NCBI GenBank assembly: GCA_034408725.1
Contig: JAWXCN010000120.1
Location: forward strand, 1 to 18,505
Direction of reading: 5' to 3'
Source of the DNA: Candidatus Hydrogenedentota bacterium
Lineage (GTDB): Bacteria; Hydrogenedentota; Hydrogenedentia; Hydrogenedentales; SLHB01
Length of the DNA: 18,505 bases
The notes below the pieces were generated by a model. That model had not been told where the DNA came from. It made no database searches and was given only the letters and a program-made list of their open reading frames with translations. Positions 1 to 6,289 of this stretch are shown piece by piece (position 1 is the first letter of the stretch; each line of letters starts with the position of its first letter). Position numbers and translations under genes: made by a program.

Positions 1-99
1 AAAGCCGACAACGTCGCCAACTGCATCCCCCGCGCACCAGCCCCCTTCGCCGGCATGTTCACCTCCTGGTCCCACTGCAACACGGACACCGCCGCATGA
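1..99 (+). CDS. 3' end of a hypothetical protein (partial, runs off the left edge)
   Basis: Open frame from base 1 (KADNVANCIPRAPAPFAGMFTSWSHCNTDTAA*) with GC-rich third positions. Its TGA overlaps the next ATG (ATGA at 96-99). Confidence 0.4.
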   Translation, partial: KADNVANCIPRAPAPFAGMFTSWSHCNTDTAA

Positions 100-148
100 A
101 TATCAGCAACCGCGCCAAGGCGCTCGCGGAGTTTCGTAGCGGAGGTAG

Positions 149-409
149 ATGATGATGACTCTGTGCTCATTACGTCAGTCCTCATTGAAGTGTCAAAGAA
201 CGGGCAGGGTACCGCATCCCCAAGCCGAGGGACAATTCACCAACGCAACACCCCGCATCCGCGCGCAACGGAACCGCCGACCAGGTAGCGCCCGGCTCAT
301 GCCGGGCGGCTTCTTCCACCTCTATCCGTTGTCCCGCGACACGAAATCGGAGACCACCGCCACAACTAACGCCACGACGTTGCACCCCGGAGGCGACTAC
401 GCAAGGTAG
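149..409 (+). CDS. hypothetical protein (86 aa)
   Basis: GGAGG at 141-145 precedes tandem ATGs. ATGA-coupled to an 18-aa ORF at 96-152. No recognisable domain. Confidence 0.3.
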   Translation: MMMTLCSLRQSSLKCQRTGRVPHPQAEGQFTNATPRIRAQRNRRPGSARLMPGGFFHLYPLSRDTKSETTATTNATTLHPGGDYAR

Positions 410-415
410 TCACGC

Positions 416-423
416 GAAACGAA
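416..423. repeat. target site duplication, left copy (GAAACGAA)
   Basis: Identical to 3651-3658. An 8-bp duplication is typical of the IS1595 family. Confidence 0.9.
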
Positions 424-449
424 GGTAAAAATATACTTGACTCATCACA
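424..449 (+). repeat. terminal inverted repeat, distal to the transposase start
   Basis: GGTAAAAATATACTTGACTCATCACA is the exact reverse complement of 3625-3650. Confidence 0.95.
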
Positions 450-669
450 ATGTTGTAATCCATTTACCTCCATCACCAATGTTCATAATCACTCCGGATA
501 ATTGATTTGCCAGGGGGAGCCCTGGGTATTTGAGCATATTTGGGAGTCCTAGAGAATTTTGACATATTACTGATAGGGTATTTAGTTGATTGACGATGAC
601 GGACGTAAGTTGCGACGGAACATTACATTCGTAAGCGGCTTGCTGGTCTGAGCATATCAATGTTTTATA

Positions 670-698
670 TTGACTTTTTCCTTCATCTCCCCTAAAAT
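670..698 (+). promoter_or_regulatory. candidate sigma70 promoter for the 804-1238 gene
   Basis: TTGACT-17 nt-TAAAAT. A second candidate, TTGATC-18 nt-TATAGT, lies at 743-772. Confidence 0.55.
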
Positions 699-803
699 TC
701 CCTCAGCTTGCTCAGTCATGATGTTCCTAACTAACGGAGTGGTTGATCCGAATCTACCTGAGAGTGTATAGTTCAATTGTAACCCCAATCTAAGGGAGGT
801 AAA

Positions 804-1238
804 ATGAACGCGCAGAGCATACGAGACGAGATTGAGAAGATTGAGCGAAAGCTTTCTTTACTTCGGGATTTATTGGCTATTGAGACAGACGAGCCCATTG
901 CTCAGCAAATGCTTTTCACTCAGAAAGAGGATGATTCTACCCAGGGGGAATCTATAGAAGTTGCTACCGCCCGGTATATGGCAGAACGCGGAAATCAGGC
1001 CGTGCTGGCCGATGCTCTCGTAGAATATTTGCAAGGTTTTGGCTTCCTCGCTAACACCAAGGCGGCAACCACTTCAGTTAATACTGCTCTTACAAGACGC
1101 TCAACGCTCTGGGTCAAGAGTTTGGTTCAAGCAAGGGGACGCATGATGAATGCTTATAAAATGCATCCGGACGCTTTCGCTTCGTTCAGAAATGGGCGAA
1201 GCCTTCAATCACTACGTGAGGAATACAAAGACCATTAA
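804..1238 (+). CDS. IS passenger hypothetical protein with an N-terminal coiled coil and a probable winged-helix DNA-binding domain (144 aa)
   Basis: Strong RBS (AAGGGAGGT) before the ATG. Heptad-like N-terminus IRDEIEKIERKLSLLRDLL, then a helix-helix-helix-beta-hairpin pattern (SVNTALTRRSTLWVK...AYKM). The fold is inferred by eye. Confidence 0.7.
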   Translation: MNAQSIRDEIEKIERKLSLLRDLLAIETDEPIAQQMLFTQKEDDSTQGESIEVATARYMAERGNQAVLADALVEYLQGFGFLANTKAATTSVNTALTRRSTLWVKSLVQARGRMMNAYKMHPDAFASFRNGRSLQSLREEYKDH

Positions 1239-1345
1239 TAAATAGGTTGAGCCGCAGCGATTGCAGTCGCTGCGGCTCACGAAATCGTAACCTCCCACGA
1301 CAGGAGATTGACCGATGCACCTAATTGTGGTGCGGTTCGGCCACG
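1237..1345 (-). ncRNA. candidate ~105-nt three-hairpin small RNA
   Basis: Lies between a near-consensus minus-strand promoter (1351-1379) and the 1248-1279 hairpin. The hairpins at 1310-1342 and 1289-1309 contain G-U pairs that form only on the minus strand. Confidence 0.55.
1248..1279. terminator. 13-bp GC-rich hairpin, probable terminator (T-rich tail on the minus strand)
   Basis: TGAGCCGCAGCGA-TTGCAG-TCGCTGCGGCTCA. On the minus strand it is followed by ACCTATTTATT. Confidence 0.65.
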
Positions 1346-1350
1346 TTGTT

Positions 1351-1379
1351 ATTCTAGACCGTGGACCACCGCAAGTCAA
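1351..1379 (-). promoter_or_regulatory. sigma70 promoter, minus strand
   Basis: TTGACT (1379-1374)-17 nt-TAGAAT (1356-1351). Confidence 0.7.
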
Positions 1380-1391
1380 CAAAATTGAAGC

Positions 1392-1421
1392 GGCATGTAG
1401 CTGTTCGAGCAGCTACATGCC
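1392..1421 (+). other. 12-bp perfect hairpin upstream of the 30-aa ORF
   Basis: GGCATGTAGCTG-TTCGAG-CAGCTACATGCC. Confidence 0.7.
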
Positions 1422-1452
1422 TAAACCGCAACGACTTAAGCAGGAGGCTGTC

Positions 1453-1545
1453 ATGCCCACTTATAAGCAATGCGTTGACCGAGATGGCAACATTGGCCAC
1501 TGGGTCACGTTGAAGGACGGTCGTAAAATCTTCATAAAAGACTAA
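1453..1545 (+). CDS. small protein, 30 aa (MPTYKQCVDRDGNIGHWVTLKDGRKIFIKD)
   Basis: AGGAGG RBS at 1442-1447 and ATG at 1453, followed by a terminator-like hairpin. An in-frame upstream ATG at 1315, with CAGGAG, would give a 76-aa form. Confidence 0.6.
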   Translation: MPTYKQCVDRDGNIGHWVTLKDGRKIFIKD

Positions 1546-1551
1546 CGGCCC

Positions 1552-1592
1552 GTAGCGGCGGGCCTTGTGGCCCGTCGCTACTTTCCAATTTT
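1552..1592 (+). terminator. intrinsic terminator-like hairpin
   Basis: GTAGCGGCGGGCC-TTGT-GGCCCGTCGCTAC (13 bp, one G-U) followed by TTTCCAATTTT. Confidence 0.65.
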
Positions 1593-1662
1593 GGGGCGCG
1601 TCTTGGTGTCCACGACGTTTTTTGGAGACGGCTCGTGCGGGGTCCGATCCCCCGGCGCTCCA
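1593..1662 (+). ncRNA. 70-nt tRNA-like RNA resembling an isolated tmRNA tRNA-like domain
   Basis: Acceptor stem GGGGCGC (1593-1599)/GCGCTCC (1655-1661) with G3-U70 and discriminator A1662. T-arm CGGGG-TCCGATC-CCCCG (1638-1654). No canonical D-stem. Central hairpin at 1611-1637. Confidence 0.55.
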
Positions 1663-1669
1663 CTCTTAT

Positions 1670-1945
1670 TCAATCTTTTTTAAGCTTATATGCTTTCAGT
1701 AACTGTGAAGGGTCCACTTTCAGTCGAGCACAGTAGGACCGCACTACGTGCCAACTCATATGCTGGCTTCCCAAGTCCTGCATCCTTACGCGACCAAGTT
1801 CCTTGCCCGCCGCGGAATCGTGTTTGATTGCGTATGTCCGATCTTGATTGGAGCCTTCTACTATTTCGCAACCGTTACTAATTAAAAACGACCTAAATTC
1901 GTTCACCGTTATAGGTTCTAGGCCAGTCCAATCTTCAAATTCCAT
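1670..1945 (-). CDS. HicA-like (dsRBD-fold) putative toxin, 91 aa
   Basis: Alpha-beta-beta-beta-alpha pattern (EFRSFLISNGCEIVEGS...VVRSYCARLKVDP). Translationally coupled (TAATG) to a HicB-like gene. The usual GSH His is not evident. Confidence 0.55.
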   Translation of the reverse strand: MEFEDWTGLEPITVNEFRSFLISNGCEIVEGSNQDRTYAIKHDSAAGKELGRVRMQDLGSQHMSWHVVRSYCARLKVDPSQLLKAYKLKKD

Positions 1946-2295
1946 TAAGCAGGACAGCCAACATACATCTTAGATTTCAAATCCCGGAACAAGCGAGCGA
2001 CAAGTTCATCCGGGGAACCTATCGGTGCCTCCTGTACGGTTTGAGCATCAATGGGCACTGCATGTTCATCGTTAAATTTTTCAGTGTACATATGTGGCGC
2101 TGCCGGGGTGTCCGACAACGGCTGCTTTCCCACTTCGATGTCTAGCTGTACCTGCTCAATTATCGCGAGCTTAAATGCGCTAATTGCATCGAGCCACGTT
2201 CGTGCCTGGACGGCAATGTCATATTCGAGACATTGAGCAACCGTTAGATCGCCATCACTAAATATAAGCACGTTCAGTGAGGGAATTGCGCTCAT
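1945..2295 (-). CDS. HicB-like putative antitoxin, 116 aa
   Basis: LNVLIFSDGDLTVAQCLEYDIAVQARTWLDAISAF matches the HicB N-terminal partial RNase H fold pattern. AAGGAG RBS supports a start at 2295 rather than 2400. Confidence 0.7.
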   Translation of the reverse strand: MSAIPSLNVLIFSDGDLTVAQCLEYDIAVQARTWLDAISAFKLAIIEQVQLDIEVGKQPLSDTPAAPHMYTEKFNDEHAVPIDAQTVQEAPIGSPDELVARLFRDLKSKMYVGCPA

Positions 2296-2467
2296 AAGAC
2301 TCTCCTTTATATACATAAGCCCCGAAAGTAAACATAAAAGACCATAAGAATAACAATTTGTCAAGCAAAAAACAATCCCAATATACTTAATCTTATGCAT
2401 ATCAATGATTTACGCATAATACAAGATATTGGGGTCAACTTTTGCCTACTACACGATATAGTATGGC

Positions 2468-2611
2468 CTACTTTTCCACGGTGGATTTAGTTTTTTTCTC
2501 CAGCTTGGCTTGTTTGCCTGTATCTGACTTTTTGACAGCAAATAGTCGCTTTGCAACATCCTCGAAGCGGTCAAATGGCGTGGGCTTAGACTTCTTTTTT
2601 GCCTTTTCCAC
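2468..2611 (-). CDS. small basic protein immediately downstream of the transposase, 47 aa (not in the ORF track)
   Basis: GAAAGG then GTG, 17 nt after the transposase stop: MEKAKKKSKPTPFDRFEDVAKRLFAVKKSDTGKQAKLEKKTKSTVEK. Confidence 0.55.
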   Translation of the reverse strand: MEKAKKKSKPTPFDRFEDVAKRLFAVKKSDTGKQAKLEKKTKSTVEK

Positions 2612-2628
2612 GTTTCTGCCTTTCAAAC

Positions 2629-3579
2629 TCAATGGATCGCTTTTGGGGTCTCTCCAGTGAGTTTAGCATAGGTCAGGCGCTTTCCGGCAACTGTGCTCAC
2701 AACGGATTGAAAACGCTCCGCGTCATTCAGCTTGCGATTGTTGAAGCGGTGGGCCTGCTCATCCAAGTAGCGAAACAAGTGAAAAGGCTCAACTGATACG
2801 TAAGTCCCTTTAATAGAACGCTTTAGGCACGACCAGAAGTTTTCCATGCAATTTGTGTGAATGTTGCCGTCCACGTATCGGATTGCATGATCGATAACCT
2901 TGTGATCGTACTCATCGGCGAGGCTCTCGTATGACGCAAGGGCGTCTGTGTGGATTTCTGAGCCTTTTTCCACATGCTTGCGTACTTCGGGGTCAAGTTT
3001 GCTGCGCTTCACGCTCTCGATAACCCGAGTGCGCACCTTGCCCTCGGTGCGGGATAGTGCGCCCATGACAATCACTTTACCGGATGAGCCGCGCCCACCC
3101 TTTTTGAGCTTGGCTTTTTTCTTCTTATGCATGAAGCGGGCTTTACCGCCGATGAGGGTTTCGTCCACTTCCACGATACCGGTTAATTTTTGGAATGACT
3201 CGTCCTGCATTGCAAGGCGAATGCGGTGGAGCATGAACCATGCACTTTTTTGAGTGACGCCCAAGTCCCGCGCAACCTCATAGGACGATACGCCATTCTT
3301 GCAGTTCGCAACCAGCCACATAGCCGCAAGCCACTTTTCGAGGGCAATGGGTGAATCTTCAAATATCGTCCCGCGCTTGACCGAGAATTGCTTACGGCAA
3401 GTCTTACACTGGTACATGCGACGGGATGCTATACGGCCAATCGCTTTTGACTGGCAGTGAGGGCACTCGACACCATCAGGCCAACGCAGACTTGCAACAA
3501 ACGAATCGCATACTTCTGCATTTGAGAAGTAGCGCATTGCCTGTATAAGTGTCTGTGGCGTAAAGTTTTCCGTGCTCAT
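2629..3579 (-). CDS. IS1595-family (ISXO2-like) DDE transposase, 316 aa
   Basis: N-terminal Zn ribbon CPHC...CKTC, HTH region (SSYEVARDLGVTQKSAW), and catalytic motifs VEVDET, IHTD and HTNCMENFWS...YLDE..RFN. Confidence 0.96.
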   Translation of the reverse strand: MSTENFTPQTLIQAMRYFSNAEVCDSFVASLRWPDGVECPHCQSKAIGRIASRRMYQCKTCRKQFSVKRGTIFEDSPIALEKWLAAMWLVANCKNGVSSYEVARDLGVTQKSAWFMLHRIRLAMQDESFQKLTGIVEVDETLIGGKARFMHKKKKAKLKKGGRGSSGKVIVMGALSRTEGKVRTRVIESVKRSKLDPEVRKHVEKGSEIHTDALASYESLADEYDHKVIDHAIRYVDGNIHTNCMENFWSCLKRSIKGTYVSVEPFHLFRYLDEQAHRFNNRKLNDAERFQSVVSTVAGKRLTYAKLTGETPKAIH

Positions 3580-3624
3580 CGCGAGTACCCCTTGATTTAA
3601 CTGAGTCCATTATATCAAGAATAC

Positions 3625-3650
3625 TGTGATGAGTCAAGTATATTTTTACC
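3625..3650 (-). repeat. terminal inverted repeat, proximal to the transposase start
   Basis: TGTGATGAGTCAAGTATATTTTTACC, the reverse complement of 424-449. Confidence 0.95.
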
Positions 3651-3658
3651 GAAACGAA
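3651..3658. repeat. target site duplication, right copy (GAAACGAA)
   Basis: Identical to 416-423. Confidence 0.9.
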
Positions 3659-3953
3659 GGGTATTTGATTGGCAAATAACGAGATTAACTTCCTGAGCGT
3701 CACGTATTAAGTTCTGTAGCCAAGCGAGCCCACATATACGCGTGCTCTAGCTCGCGAGGTTATGACCGTTCTCTCGACTGCGGATACACACTAAGACGGA
3801 TTGGCTGCGGGCGTGAACCAAATCAAATACAGAACGCGAAGTCAATTGGAGCTTATAAAGGCAAACTGCATTCCATTTGACGCTGCGTTGTGCAATAGTG
3901 CAGCCTCACTTTTGCATAATCCGGACCTAAGCCCACGATTGAGGACTCTCCTT

Positions 3954-4877
3954 ATGTTAGATTCCACCCGACTGCGAGACGTTCAAAGGGCTACAGACAC
4001 ACTTAAGGGAATTCTCGCTGGAATTTCGTGTGACTATGAGTTGTCGGACGTTGAAATCGGACGGCTGTACGACTGGCTCCATATTCATGCTCACCTATTG
4101 AATATCGAACCCTTTCAATCTGCAAAGAAATTGATCGAATCGGCCTTGGCCGATTCAGTTATCACTGACGATGAACGCGAAGACCTCTTGGTTTTTTGCC
4201 AAAAATGGAGCGATTTCCAATCTGAAGAATTCAATGTTCAAACCGTAGCCATGCGGCATCTACATGGATTTTTAGAGGGATTATCGGCAGATGGAGATGT
4301 TTCTGACTCCGAAATTTTAGATTTCCATGATTGGCTGCATTCATTCGAAGACCTTCACGAAACCTGGCCTTTTTCCAATGCTGTAAAACTGATCAAGAAA
4401 ATCCTAAAGGACAACAAAGTTTCGACGGCCGAAAGAGCTAGAATGTTGGATTTCTGTCTAGATTTTCGCCCAGAGCTTGCCCTCGACAAATCACCGGAAA
4501 CGTACGATCCCGTTTCCGAAGGCTACATGATTACGAATGCCCCTGTGCTGAAGACCGTGAAATCAATTTTCGATGCGGACCAACCCATTGAATTCAGAGA
4601 ACGTATTTTCTGCTTCACCGGGCAAGCAAGGTACGGTAAGCGAAAAGATCTCGAAGCGGTGGTGCAGGAAGTCGGTGGGCGGACACACCCTAGGATTGTT
4701 GCGGATCTTGACTATCTCGTAGTTGGCGCCCTCAGCCAGCCATGTTGGGCTTACGAAGTGTACGGTCGAAAAATCGAGAATGTGATGGAACTTCGCAAGC
4801 GTGGTTGCCAGATTTGGATCATTCACGAGGATAGATTCTTGAATGCATTGCAGGACCTCGCAAGGACTCTTCGGTAA
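3954..4877 (+). CDS. BRCT-domain protein with two tandem helical (TerB-like) repeats, 307 aa
   Basis: C-terminal FCFTG...R.DLEAVVQEVGG...LDYLVVG...W....YGRKIE...IIHE is a BRCT pattern. Two ~70-aa repeats LxGxLxGxSxD...EI...DWL...PF precede it. GAGGA RBS supports the ATG at 3954. Confidence 0.8.
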   Translation: MLDSTRLRDVQRATDTLKGILAGISCDYELSDVEIGRLYDWLHIHAHLLNIEPFQSAKKLIESALADSVITDDEREDLLVFCQKWSDFQSEEFNVQTVAMRHLHGFLEGLSADGDVSDSEILDFHDWLHSFEDLHETWPFSNAVKLIKKILKDNKVSTAERARMLDFCLDFRPELALDKSPETYDPVSEGYMITNAPVLKTVKSIFDADQPIEFRERIFCFTGQARYGKRKDLEAVVQEVGGRTHPRIVADLDYLVVGALSQPCWAYEVYGRKIENVMELRKRGCQIWIIHEDRFLNALQDLARTLR

Positions 4878-4923
4878 ATCTATGTACCAGACCGACCCCA
4901 ATAAAGGATAGATATATAGTCAT

Positions 4924-6090
4924 ATGAACGATGCTTTGTTTGAACAACTATTATATGAGGAGGAGAGCACCACACTCGATTTTAAGCAAGATCAATATCC
5001 TTTCGCCAAAGAAAACGAAGATGAAAAATCTGAACTTCTCAAAGACATTCTTGGATTCGCGAACGCTTGGAGACGAACTGAAGCGTACATTCTAATTGGA
5101 GTCGAAGACGTTCGAGGCGGGCGGGCCGATGTTCTTGGCATTCCGAACAATGCACATCTCGCCGACCATTCGCTGCAACAGTTTGTATATAATTTAACGA
5201 ATCGGCCAATTCATTTTCACTATGAAGCTTTTTGCTTCGAGGGGAAGCAGGTAGGCGTCATTAGTATTGAAGTGCAAGAGCGACCAATCTATCTCTTAAG
5301 GAATTACGGCAGGCTTAAAAAGGGTGAGGTATACATTCGTCGCGGCAGTTCGATCGATCCATCAAAACCAGCCACGCCCGATGAGATTATGCGAATGGGA
5401 ATGTCGGCCGCTCCAACAACCAAACCAACGCTGACAGTAGAGTTTGGCGCATTAGATCGCTATAGAATCCTTGGCAGACATTATCAATTCTCGGCCACTT
5501 TGTGCCAGATGCCCGATAGCAAGACTTTGCCCAAACTCAGAGCAGACAACATCTTTACAGGTTTGAGTAATCCAGTCAATACCAATTATTACGAGGAGTT
5601 TGCACAATTTATTTTTTGCACTCTGTTCTTCAAAAAATTGTACTTAGTTGTCAGTAATACCGGAGAGTGCGCCGCCACGGACGTTTATCTTGAAATTTCA
5701 ATTCCAAAAAATAAAGATTTTGGTGTAATTGTTCCCTCGGAACTGCCAAGACCGCCCAGAAAAAGCCTGGATATCTTTAATACACCAATTACGGCGTCGA
5801 TATCTCATTTTCAAAACCCGGGGGATGTGCAGATTATTGCAAATGCAGATGAATCTAAAATCGAGATAGATTGCGGAAATATGCAGCCTGGACGAAAAGT
5901 TTGGACAGAAGGCATTTTTTTGTGGATTCGTCAGGACGGCGAAATCGAGGTAAAAGGCCACATTTTTGCGGCGAACCTTTCCTCTCCAGTGGAATTCTCC
6001 CTTTTCATCAATGCAACGATTACCGAAACGATGATGACCGTAAACGAGCTGCTCTCCCGTGATGAGCCGACTGGGGCGGAGTGGGACTAG
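4924..6090 (+). CDS. Schlafen/AlbA_2-domain protein with a C-terminal beta-rich (Ig-like) domain, 388 aa
   Basis: EESTTLDFK...ELLKDILGFANA...YILIGVED...YIRRGS is the AlbA_2/Schlafen core. LVVSNTGECAATDVYLEISIP and the following strands resemble an Ig/CARDB-like sandwich. Confidence 0.85.
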   Translation: MNDALFEQLLYEEESTTLDFKQDQYPFAKENEDEKSELLKDILGFANAWRRTEAYILIGVEDVRGGRADVLGIPNNAHLADHSLQQFVYNLTNRPIHFHYEAFCFEGKQVGVISIEVQERPIYLLRNYGRLKKGEVYIRRGSSIDPSKPATPDEIMRMGMSAAPTTKPTLTVEFGALDRYRILGRHYQFSATLCQMPDSKTLPKLRADNIFTGLSNPVNTNYYEEFAQFIFCTLFFKKLYLVVSNTGECAATDVYLEISIPKNKDFGVIVPSELPRPPRKSLDIFNTPITASISHFQNPGDVQIIANADESKIEIDCGNMQPGRKVWTEGIFLWIRQDGEIEVKGHIFAANLSSPVEFSLFINATITETMMTVNELLSRDEPTGAEWD

Positions 6091-6289
6091 CGAAGACATA
6101 CGGTATCGAATTGGTAGAAACTAAGCTAATTTCATGGAAGGCAATGGCGCATGGATACACTCTTTGCCATACAAATACGCTCAAAGCATGATGACTACAG
6201 CGACGACGATTACAGAGCCAATGACTGGGCAGTCTCCTTCAAATGACTATAACGTAAAGTTTCAGCGTATTCTTAGCTAGCGAAGCCGA

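Larger units (their letters stand above)
424..3650 (-). mobile_element. IS1595-family insertion sequence with passenger genes (transporter IS), 3227 bp
   Basis: IS1595-type transposase at 2629-3579, 26-bp perfect terminal inverted repeats at 424-449 and 3625-3650, and an 8-bp direct repeat GAAACGAA directly outside both ends. Confidence 0.93.

Noticed and set aside
445-660. 71-aa minus-strand ORF
   Set aside because: TTG start without a well-spaced RBS, a stop inside the IR and no recognisable domain. The GGKWITTL resemblance to the 30-aa peptide is too short to trust.
1593-1662. Canonical tRNA-Gln(UUG) or a full tmRNA gene
   Set aside because: There is no proper D-arm, the anticodon stem is only 4 bp, and there is no tag reading frame or pseudoknot region. 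Reported instead as a tRNA-like RNA.
3954-4877. NAD-dependent DNA ligase
   Set aside because: Only a BRCT domain is shared. There is no KxDG adenylation motif or OB domain.
6134-6280. 48-codon plus-strand ORF in the gap after the Schlafen gene
   Set aside because: No RBS and no recognisable features.
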